From Bugula neritina (Eukaryota > Animalia > Bryozoa): a stretch of 64,000 bases of DNA. A program made the position numbers and the translations under genes. The stretch lies in NCBI GenBank assembly GCA_964035545.1, contig OZ037770.1, forward strand, positions 4,930,662 through 4,994,661. The letters run 5' to 3'. Below, one piece after another: positions 9,976 to 19,113 of this stretch; the first letter of the stretch is position 1; each line of letters starts with the position of its first letter. The notes beneath the pieces were generated by a model that was not told where the DNA came from, made no database searches, and saw only the letters and a list, made by a program, of their open reading frames with translations.

Positions 9976-12900
9976 CTACTGCTTAGAAACACGTCTACTC
10001 CTGACTGCATCAGCGTATGAAAAGATCGAGCAACGTGGTTGGGGTGCGTGATTAAGACTTTGTGCACCCGGCGGATGAATTTTATTTCTATTTCCGCCGA
10101 TGTAAAAGTTGATATTTTCGTGGTGTTGACAACTCCCACATTTGCTCGATTCTTTTCTCGTACGGTTTTCCCCTAGACTTTCATGTGTGCCGCTTTTAAC
10201 GCAGTCACATACGAAGTCCTTCAAGTATGCGGGGGGTTGCCTCGTACGCTGTCCCCTTTCTAGGGGGGGTGACACGCTTGCCGGTTCGTTAGTAGGGGCC
10301 TCTAATGGCGTCTCTACTTCACCGTCAGCAGTCACCTCTTCTTGTTCTCCGGATGGAGCCCCTCCCTCCGTGGGGGTTTGCACTTCCGGAACCGGCTCGG
10401 TTTCTGGAAGTGATGGAATCAGACTTGGCGGTGGCGGACACGCTTCTGTTGGCAGAAGCTGCCGCTCCTCTCTCACCAAGTTTTCTTCCCGCGGTATGAC
10501 CACTTCGTATTCAGGTCCATGCCGCCGTCGCCCGCGCGTTGTTGTCTGCCTTCTGGGCTCTAACAACGGGGGGGCTTCTCCCACTCCGCCGGGGCTAGCC
10601 CAATACGGTTTCAAGCGAGACTCATTCTGGATAGACACCTGTCCTGAGCGCTCAATCTTGTACGTATGATTGGGCATAGCCTCGACGACCACGTAGGGGC
10701 CTACGAACTTAGGCTTCAGCTTATCAGCCTGTCCGCGGCGCCTACGGTAATTGACCATCCACACCTTATCTCCCCTTTGATAGAGAGGGGGTTCATCGGA
10801 ATCTTCGTGCCGCACCTTCCACTGCTGTTGACGCAGTATATCGTGTGCGGCCTTCATCCGTTCCACTAGTTCACTGGCATACTCGTGAACCGAGTTGTCT
10901 TGCTCTGGAACGTGATAGGTGAGATGGTCAGGGACACGAGTCTCTCTCCCGAGCATCAAGAGGTTTGGGGTCTCACCAGTACTGGTGTGTGGGGTGCTAC
11001 GGTATGCACGCATGACTTGTGGCAACACCGTATCCCATTCCTCTTGACCTCGTCCAAGGAGGAGACTCCGGAGCGCATCACCTAGCATCCGGTTGTTGCG
11101 CTCCACCACCCCATTACCTTGAGGGTGGTAGGGGGTGGTCCTGCTCTGATTTACTCCCCAGAGGTGGCAAAGGTCGCTCATCAGTTGAGACTGGAATTGA
11201 GCGCCTTGATCAGAGTGTATCTGTTCGGGAAGCCCAAAATAACAGAATACATGTTGGTCTAGTGCCCTGGCCACTGTTGGGGCTGATGCATCTGGGATGG
11301 CCAGAGCATCCGCCCACCTAGTAAAGTGGTCGGTTAGTACTAGGATCCAATTATTGCCTCTGGGGGTCAGGGGCATGGGTCCGACCAGGTCTACAGCGAC
11401 TACTTGCCAGGGCCTGCCAGCATATAGCCTCCGCCGTCCTGCTTCACCAGGGGGGCGGCTATGTTTACTGGCCTGGCAGATCTCACACTGTTTGACTCTG
11501 AGCCGGACGTCACGCTCCATCTGCGGCCAATACCACCGGAGTCGTAATTTGGATATCACTCGCTTGACCCCTGCGTGGGCCTGCTTGTGAGTATCCCAAA
11601 TCAACTCACGGCGGATGGCTGTGGGGCAGACTACCCTCTTCCTCTCCGGGTGTCTGCCGCTGGCAGCTAGAGAGATGGTTAGCAACCCATCCTGCCCGAT
11701 CCGCAGCGAGTCCCAACGCTGACAGTATAGCCGGAACTCGGCGCATCCCTGTCTTATGCGTTCCTCGCTGGGTCGTCGCCCTTCCCGTTTGGCCCGGTAT
11801 ATGTCTGCCACGACTCCAGGCAGTTCTTCTTGGAGCTTCTTCAGCTCTCGAACATTACCGGCCAGTACAGGGTTGGCGCGGAGGTTTTGCACATCCTCCG
11901 GGGACTCATCAACTCTCTGCCTGAGTTGACCTTGATCCCAGTCAAACGGTGCTCCGTGATGAGCCAGCGTCTCCAACTCGCATCGCGGGGGACCTCCATC
12001 CCTCCTCTCGATGTTGAGACACTGTTTGCAACCTCCGTCAGGTCGGCGACTCAACCCATCCGCATTGCTGTGTCTCTTGCCCGGTCGATGTTCGATCCGG
12101 TATGAGAATTCAGCTAGGATTTCGAGCCACCGGGCGACCTGACTAGAGGGCTCTGCTCTCTTGCACAGCCAGATCAGCGAGGCATGATCCGTACGCAGCC
12201 GGAACTTCCTGCCATATAGGTATGGTCTGAAGTGCTTCACTGACTTGATTACTGCCAGCAGCTCCTTGCGGGTAGTGCAGTAATTTCGTTCAGCGGGAGA
12301 GAGAGACTTGCTGTAGTAGGCTACTACTACTTCTCGGCCTTCCTGCACTTGTGACAGCACAGCGCCAACATTCTGGTCACTGGCGTCCGTGTCTAGGATG
12401 TACTCCAGAGTGGGGTCTGGGTAGGCCAAGATGGGCGCCGTTAGTAGGCAACCCTTGAGGCGGTCGAACGCTTCTTGTTCGACTGGGGTCCACTGCCACG
12501 TCACTCCCTTTGCGGTGAGCCGGTTTAACGGCTGGGCTATGCCCGCAAAGTCTGGTATGTATTGCCTGTAATACCCTACCAGCCCCAAGAAAGCCCGGAG
12601 TCCGGTCAAGTCTTGGGGGGTGACCCAGTCTTCTACCGCCCGTACCTTTTCGGGATCCGTTGCCACGCCGTTTCGACCGACAACGTGCCCCAGGTACTTG
12701 ACCTCCGGCTGCAATAGAGCGCATTTGGAAGGTTTGAGCATGAGACCGGCACCTCGGAGTCTCTCGAAAACCTCCTGCAGACGACTGACATGTGTCTCGA
12801 AGTCTGGAGAGATTACGATGACATCATCGAGGTAGACCAGCAGTGTCTTCCAATGGAGTCCGCTAAGGACTTGTTCCATCAGCCTCTGGAAGGTGGCTGG

Positions 12901-14550
12901 GGCGGAGGTTAACCCGAAGGGCAGCACCTTCCACTTCCACAAACCGTCCCGTGTGATAAACGCCGCTTTCTCTTGGGCGTCGGGACTCAGAGGAACCTGC
13001 CAATAGCCGCTTAGCAAGTCTAACGTACTGAAGTACTTGCTGCCGGCTAGGGCGTCCAATGACTCGTCAATACGAGGTAGAGGGTAGGCGTCCTGTATGG
13101 TTACGCTATTGAGTTTGCGGTAGTCCACACAGAACCGCCAACTGCCGTCTTTCTTCCGGACCAGTACGACTGGCGAGCTCCACGCACTATGGGCGGGCTC
13201 TATCAGTCCCCGGTCCAGAAGATCCCGTACTTGTCGGCTAACCTCCTTCTCTTTCTCCGGCCCCAGCCTGCGTGTGGGCTGCCGGACAGGAACTGTCCCT
13301 GCAGTCAGCGGTATTTCGTGTCTGACAATTCCAGTCAGCCCCACGTCATGCTCTCCGCTGCTGAACACTTCGCCGTAGTCGCGTAGTAACTTAGCCATAG
13401 CTTGGCGTTCTCTGTTACTCGCGCAGCCGCCACTGGCTGTTTCGTATAACTCCCGGAGATGTGTTGGGACTGCCCCTCGTCCCTGAATAGGGTGTCGAGG
13501 GGGTGCCTCCGTCGTGTCACCCAGCGACGGGCCCACGTCCTCTTCCTGGACGGAGTGGAACCGGCCCAGCATTGACCCAGCTGGGAGCTCAATGGGCTCA
13601 GTAAAGGGGTTGACACACTGCACTAAGACCTCCCCTCGCTCAGTTAGTCGGTTTAGACTACTGGCGAGTTGGATCCTTTCGTGCGCGCCTTCAACGACCC
13701 CGAGCCTGGCTATCCGGTTGCTGTTCACTCGGCAGTGGATAGTAGCTCTGGAGCGTCCGGGTACGGTGCAGTTTCGAACTACCTGAACACCGCCCACCAG
13801 AAGACGCCCAAACTTATCCACACAGGCGAGTTCTCGCCCGCCCATCAGCACCACCGACTTACTAAAGTCGATTCGGCATTGGTGTTGCTTCAAGAAGGGC
13901 ATGCCGAGGATAGCATCTTCCTCCAGTTGACCTATGATAAAGGTCTCCTGTACAGCCTGATCTCGGACACGCCCAGGGAGCTCGATAATACCATAAAAGG
14001 GGATACATGACCCGTCTGCCAGGGTGCCATGTTCTCCAGTATACGGTCGTACTCTATCCCTGTCCCGGCGGGGCAGTGCCTCAAAGACTCTACGACTGAG
14101 AAGGTTGGTAGTACAACCGGAGTCGAGCAGGAAAGTGACGGCGTTGCCGGCCACCTTTCCGGGTAGGAAATAGCTCTCTCCATGTGGTTGTACTTTCACC
14201 CCCCCCGCATGTGTTGTCCTGGGTTGACAGGATGGCGGGGGTTTCACCCGTGGTTTACGGGGCTTCCGGCGGCGAGGTTGGTGCCGGCGGGGTTCGGGCC
14301 TCTCCACTGGGCCTTCTGGCTCCATTTCAGTGGCGGGCTCCTCTTCCCGAGGTAACCGGTGAAACCGGTTAGTGAGTGGCAGGGAGAAGGTACTTGGCCG
14401 TTGTGCGGGCCTACTAGTCCTGCGTGGTACCTGCCACTCGGGTGGAGCGTTTCGTCGTGTCCGTACGGACAGACGACGGCGTTTCCCACCATACTCCTTT
14501 AGTTGCGGCCCGCGGGGAGGGAGTGTGTCCGCGGGCCGTGACAGTTTAAC
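9976..14550 (-). CDS. pol: Pol of element B (PR-RT-RH-IN), entered by -1 frameshift at GTTAAAC near 14550
   Basis: Motifs FLLDSG, RFCVDYR, YLDD, DTDAS, H..H..C..C, DLVG..SDQG..E and KFVGPY. The -1 frame is open from the slippery site into the listed 1449-aa ORF. Confidence 0.95.
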   Translation of the reverse strand, partial: VKLSRPADTLPPRGPQLKEYGGKRRRLSVRTRRNAPPEWQVPRRTSRPAQRPSTFSLPLTNRFHRLPREEEPATEMEPEGPVERPEPRRHQPRRRKPRKPRVKPPPSCQPRTTHAGGVKVQPHGESYFLPGKVAGNAVTFLLDSGCTTNLLSRRVFEALPRRDRDRVRPYTGEHGTLADGSCIPFYGIIELPGRVRDQAVQETFIIGQLEEDAILGMPFLKQHQCRIDFSKSVVLMGGRELACVDKFGRLLVGGVQVVRNCTVPGRSRATIHCRVNSNRIARLGVVEGAHERIQLASSLNRLTERGEVLVQCVNPFTEPIELPAGSMLGRFHSVQEEDVGPSLGDTTEAPPRHPIQGRGAVPTHLRELYETASGGCASNRERQAMAKLLRDYGEVFSSGEHDVGLTGIVRHEIPLTAGTVPVRQPTRRLGPEKEKEVSRQVRDLLDRGLIEPAHSAWSSPVVLVRKKDGSWRFCVDYRKLNSVTIQDAYPLPRIDESLDALAGSKYFSTLDLLSGYWQVPLSPDAQEKAAFITRDGLWKWKVLPFGLTSAPATFQRLMEQVLSGLHWKTLLVYLDDVIVISPDFETHVSRLQEVFERLRGAGLMLKPSKCALLQPEVKYLGHVVGRNGVATDPEKVRAVEDWVTPQDLTGLRAFLGLVGYYRQYIPDFAGIAQPLNRLTAKGVTWQWTPVEQEAFDRLKGCLLTAPILAYPDPTLEYILDTDASDQNVGAVLSQVQEGREVVVAYYSKSLSPAERNYCTTRKELLAVIKSVKHFRPYLYGRKFRLRTDHASLIWLCKRAEPSSQVARWLEILAEFSYRIEHRPGKRHSNADGLSRRPDGGCKQCLNIERRDGGPPRCELETLAHHGAPFDWDQGQLRQRVDESPEDVQNLRANPVLAGNVRELKKLQEELPGVVADIYRAKREGRRPSEERIRQGCAEFRLYCQRWDSLRIGQDGLLTISLAASGRHPERKRVVCPTAIRRELIWDTHKQAHAGVKRVISKLRLRWYWPQMERDVRLRVKQCEICQASKHSRPPGEAGRRRLYAGRPWQVVAVDLVGPMPLTPRGNNWILVLTDHFTRWADALAIPDASAPTVARALDQHVFCYFGLPEQIHSDQGAQFQSQLMSDLCHLWGVNQSRTTPYHPQGNGVVERNNRMLGDALRSLLLGRGQEEWDTVLPQVMRAYRSTPHTSTGETPNLLMLGRETRVPDHLTYHVPEQDNSVHEYASELVERMKAAHDILRQQQWKVRHEDSDEPPLYQRGDKVWMVNYRRRRGQADKLKPKFVGPYVVVEAMPNHTYKIERSGQVSIQNESRLKPYWASPGGVGEAPPLLEPRRQTTTRGRRRHGPEYEVVIPREENLVREERQLLPTEACPPPPSLIPSLPETEPVPEVQTPTEGGAPSGEQEEVTADGEVETPLEAPTNEPASVSPPLERGQRTRQPPAYLKDFVCDCVKSGTHESLGENRTRKESSKCGSCQHHENINFYIGGNRNKIHPPGAQSLNHAPQPRCSIFSYADAVRSRRVSKQ

Positions 14551-15365
14551 GCCCCCTGGTATTGGGGTCGTCCTTTCTGTCCCTGGTCCTGATCAGCGCT
14601 ACTCCAGCCCTGTCCCACAGACGTTGGGGGCATCCGTAAGGCCTGACCGGGGCCAGCACTGGCCAGAATGGTTACCAATTGTCCCAGCATCTCTACCATG
14701 CGGTCCACTTCGGCTTCCAGCGGGAGGGCTTCGGAGCCTGTCGTAGCCCTGGCAGCGCTGACTCCAACTACTGGGGGGTTCCTTTGTGCCCGATGCATTT
14801 GGGTAGCCAACAGGTAAGCTTCTCCAGCCTTCAGGGCATCCTCTATTCTGGTTATCCCTTTAGCTCGTAGGTGATGGTCTAGGCCCAGGTCGTTTAGGGA
14901 CTGGACAAAGGCGTCATAGGTGTAACGCTCTTGGTGTTGTGCTGGCAGATCGCTATATGCAATCTGCGCCAGCTTCTTCACCGTCGCGGCATGTTCCTGC
15001 AGCGAGGTCCGCGGGGTGCGGCACAATCTCTCCAGCTTGGTCCTAGCGTCTATGACGGAGGTGCCAAAACGGGCCCGCAGCGCAGCCAGTATGCCGTCTA
15101 CGTCCGTTCCCACTCCGTACGGCTTGGCTTGCTCCGTCACCGCTCTCCGCAATTGAATGAGGGCCACTCTATGCGGCCATTGAGCAACCTCCATTACCTC
15201 TCTAAATTCTTGTATAAATTGTTCGACATCTTCCGACCCAGTAAAGGTGGGAGCTTTCAAGCAATGTCTATAAGCTTCTTCTGCCTCACGATTTACAGGA
15301 TTAACAGCATTTCTACGCTCACCTTCTACTGGGGGTGGTTGCATTCTAGCATTTTCAGTCTCCAT
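14499..15365 (-). CDS. gag: Gag of element B (no recognisable CCHC knuckle)
   Basis: 288 aa ORF right after the PBS; LKAPTFTG.E.VEQFI.EF core shared with element C gag. Confidence 0.88.
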   Translation of the reverse strand: METENARMQPPPVEGERRNAVNPVNREAEEAYRHCLKAPTFTGSEDVEQFIQEFREVMEVAQWPHRVALIQLRRAVTEQAKPYGVGTDVDGILAALRARFGTSVIDARTKLERLCRTPRTSLQEHAATVKKLAQIAYSDLPAQHQERYTYDAFVQSLNDLGLDHHLRAKGITRIEDALKAGEAYLLATQMHRAQRNPPVVGVSAARATTGSEALPLEAEVDRMVEMLGQLVTILASAGPGQALRMPPTSVGQGWSSADQDQGQKGRPQYQGALNCHGPRTHSLPAGRN

Positions 15366-15379
15366 CTTTGATGTACACT

Positions 15380-15397
15380 ATCCCACCGCTGCCACCA
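15380..15397 (-). promoter_or_regulatory. PBS of element B, complementary to the 3' end of tRNA-Leu
   Basis: TGGTGGCAGCGGTGGGAT 1 nt after the 5' LTR, complementary to ...ATCCCACCGCTGCCACCA. The same PBS is in element C (35657-35674). Confidence 0.88.
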
Positions 15398-15398
15398 C

Positions 15399-15777
15399 TG
15401 TTATAGTTTTCAGATTTAGGGTTGATGTGCCACCAAGAGAGTCTATTTATCACTAGAGAAACTTCACCAGTTATTTCGTGTAGATATCGTTATATTTAAT
15501 ACAAGAATACATAATAAAAGTCCCATGTACAACAGTAATGATACGCACGTCTATTTAGTTTACAGCACTATCCTCAACTATACATTATAAAAAACACGAT
15601 ACATTATTTCAAACCAGTTACACATCTAATCTATTTCACACTCTAGCTTCGACTGAGTTAGCAGCGGGAAACTACAATTGCTGCTAACTATCAACTACGC
15701 TAATTGGCTATCCATTGTTCCGGGTCAATTACGCGACCCTACATGTTGTGCTGCTGGTAGTTCCACGAACCACCACA
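15399..15777 (-). repeat. 5' LTR of element B
   Basis: Direct repeat of 8220-8598. Confidence 0.95.
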
Positions 15778-15836
15778 ATAATATTTTATTTTGGTTCACT
15801 TTGCATATAGAAAATATAAATACTAATGAAATGGGT

Positions 15837-16899
15837 TCAGAGATTAAACTTCCTACGGCTGGTATCCATTTCATGTCTCTTGTGCATCCATTCATATTCA
15901 CCGAACTTGGAGTCAAACGTCCCTTTCTGAATGGAACGTAGTTTGAGTGTGAATCTTGGGCCAAGCTCGTGCAAACCACACTTCTTCTCATTGCGGAACT
16001 GAAAATGATATACAGTAGTAGTAGTAGAGCAGTGTTTGAACTATACATTATAAAATATAAAATAATTTATACAATAATACAGCAGCTTTAGCTAACATAA
16101 TAATGATAATTTGAAGTAAAATATTTTATATAATACACAGATATCTATTCAACAAGAAAATACTGATCTCCAATGGTATCTGGATTATTGAGTACACACT
16201 TGATATCTCCAGTTTTTAGCTAGTTTCACAATTTAGTTGCTAATGTATATTTTGTTTGTCCCCTTCTAAGAAAATTTTAATAAATACAACGAAAGTATGA
16301 GGGTTTTATCAAAATTTGATTGAATTCCCATGTTTGAACCTAACTTTTTAATGAATTAGGAGATGAGGACCACAACGAAAAAACCATCACGGTTTGTATA
16401 AATATTGAGCTAATATTACAACAAGTATGCAGCATTTTAAGGTTGGAACTTGGAACTCCCAACTCCAAATCCGAGAGTCCCTCACTACTGTACTCAGTTA
16501 CATGCATCACGGAACTGCTTGTAGAATGATTCAACTAAAACCATCATTAGCCTAAGTTCTAGTTCATTATTTCTTGGGAGGGGGGACTGGGGTGCTTGAT
16601 ACATTTAATTCAATCTAAAGGAAAGATGCTGCCTTTCTCCACTACTTCTAAACCAATGGGGTTTCCCTACCACAACTAATCTAATAACAACTGTCCCTCA
16701 CCTGGTATCTGTGATGTCTAAAGAAGATGAAGTCTCTTTGATTGTGAAATGTGATGACCCTGCGACCATTGAACTAAGGGTCATGCGGGAACAGCGGGGC
16801 AAACATCCTTCCCACGGTCAGCCCTAGCCTTGTGTTGAAGTTGTTGAGTATTACCTCTGGAAGATGGGACGTCGTCTCCCCAGCCTTCTTTATTTCAGT
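15837..16899 (-). pseudogene. RPF1: RPF1 (Brix-domain ribosome production factor 1), last two exons (16899-16702, 15998-15837), with a premature TAG
   Basis: Manual translation: [65 protein letters not shown] / [53 protein letters not shown]. Canonical phase-0 splice sites. TAG at 16776-16774 replaces the conserved Gln. AATAAA at 15790-15785. Upstream exons not found. Confidence 0.85.
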
Positions 16900-17239
16900 C
16901 TGAAACAAGAAACATCATAGCAAATAGCTGTGGAGATGCTGGATTACTCATTGTTTATGTTTACCCTTAATATAACTATAGGTAGTCCACCAGTATGTCT
17001 CACATGTTAGCTGAAACAAATCTTTACATGGATAAGTCCATACTATACAGTGTGATAACATTGTATTGGCCATGCCCATTCCCTTATATTATCAATATGC
17101 AGTCAGCTACATACTATGACCTTGTTACATAATAGAATACAAGTATGTCAGGCATCAGACCAACTAAGCAACAGGAAGTAACAAGAGAGGACAACATCAT
17201 ATTGAATCAAAATCAATATCAACACTCAATATTCCCCTA

Positions 17240-17380
17240 AAAAAAAACTCACGCAAGTTTATAGTCGCTATCCCTGTGAGAAACCCCTGATAGAAAGGGT
17301 TTTTGTTAGAACGGGCTGAGGACATGTTCAAATGAGGCACAGGAGCAATTATGACTGGATGCTCTTCCTAACATCACCAA
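17240..17380 (-). mobile_element. 5'-truncated SINE, same family as 31453-31675
   Basis: Reverse complement matches ggtgatgttaggaagagcatccagtcataattgctc...actataaact...gagttttt; flanked by ~37-bp imperfect direct repeats. Confidence 0.75.
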
Positions 17381-19113
17381 TCAAAATTAATGTCAACATC
17401 CAATATTCCCCTAAAAAGATGGAACTAAACTAAATTGTGCTCTTCTACTTTCATGACATTCAGTCAAAAATTCAATTTTGTCGAGTTGAAAATTTCACTG
17501 AGTTGAATTGCATTGGAAAAGCCACTCATCAATTTTTTTTCACTTGCCACAACTTAATTGGCCGATTTTAGAATAACAATCAATGGGGAAGATAACTCTT
17601 TGTAGATATTGATATTCAATGATGACTTTAGAGACTGGATGACATATTTATAGTATTTTTATAATTATATTGGCATTAATGCTGTCAACTTGACAAATTC
17701 ACTACAGTTTCAAATGGCATCAACTAACTAACTTAGAAAGGGAGTTTCCACATCAATATGATTTCAATGGGTTTCAGTTTTTAACTATAAAGGGGTACTC
17801 AGCCGAGTGAAATTGACTGAAACTCAGTAATTTAATATATTAAAAAAATTAAAGAACTTAGGCTATCTCCATTTCTCTACTACTGCTCCTAAATGCTTTA
17901 TAAGTTTAGGTTTAGAAGTAAAAGGTTAAGTCCTTCAAAGAAAGTGACTTATTTAACTATACGACTTATTAGAACACAGGTTATTCTGAATTTCCAAATG
18001 ACTGCCCCTACTTTGAGATGAAACCCCAGGTACTGGTCACCTTAGCCTACTTTTCAAACATGTCTCACTACAAGAGGGGGCCCAGGTAAGAGCCCAGAGT
18101 GAAACTGATAAACTGAGTTGTGGGAAACAAGGAAGTTTCATTCTCTCAGACTGGGAGAGTAGCAGCTCAAACTCACATGAAAACTGACCAATGGAAAACC
18201 AGAAATCAAAGAGTATTAGCCTGTGAATGTACCTGAGTGTAATTTACTGGGTTGGAGCTAAGGCTAACAAATATATTCCAACTACAAACAATTATTGCTG
18301 AAACCACTGAAGTGATGCTACAGCATAGAAAGTGTAATCAACTATGTGAAATATCAACAGAGAAGTAATACATCGTAATTAAATTTAAATAAGTTTGTGC
18401 CATCCACTACTTTTACTGTCATTACAGAGCTTGGTAACCTTGCATTAATCAAGAAATAGCGTATTATGTACGTTTTATCTATATTGTTCTCCACTAGAAA
18501 AGATAAAAACCTATGACTTAAGCATAGAATTCTTTTAAGAGAAAACAAGAGTCAATATCTGGTTAGTATCAAGGAAACAAGGACTATGATATTGTAGACT
18601 TTTGTTTAGTGGTTTGTGCAGTGCTACATGATAGAATGAATAATTAGTCCATGATAGTGCTACTTTAGTACTTATATAAAGGCTACTAGCATTGGGAGTG
18701 ATCAGTCAGTGAGCGACTCAGATACTCAGTGAGTGAGTTTATTAAATAGTAATTCAAACAACCTGCAGGACCCATTCACTGATTAAACTAATGGATATCC
18801 AAGCCAGTTAATGAATTACAGAATGAATATACAAATATCTCATTTAAATCAAGACTCAAATCAGTGTAGGCCTGTCAGAACAAGTCAACAAGTGAAAACC
18901 TCACAGCTAGAAATCTACAGAATAATTCCGAAGAGTATAAAATGTCTCTATATGTAACAGGAAATGAAATAAACTCATGTCACGGAATACCAATATAATG
19001 CACTTTCCTTTGCAAGGGAAATGAAACCCTGACTTTGATATTCATAAGAGCAACATTTCTAACATAAGTGCAATGAGTATACAAGAGTGTATGTAGAGAT
19101 ACAAATATTTTAC

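Larger units (their letters stand above)
8220..15777 (-). mobile_element. Full-length Ty3/gypsy LTR retrotransposon B (7.56 kb) with gag, pol and an extra ORF3; intact and very recent
   Basis: 379-bp LTRs at 8220-8598 and 15399-15777 with no differences seen. 4-bp TSD ATAA (8216-8219, 15778-15781). tRNA-Leu PBS; PPT GGTGGGGGCGG. Confidence 0.97.

Noticed and set aside
10142-15371. Numerous antisense and overlapping ORFs within elements B and C (and 4251-5006 in A)
   Set aside because: Shadow ORFs of GC-rich pol/gag with no motifs.
15725-16048. Listed 107-aa minus-strand ORF
   Set aside because: Wrong frame; the real coding frame here is the RPF1 last exon (15998-15837).
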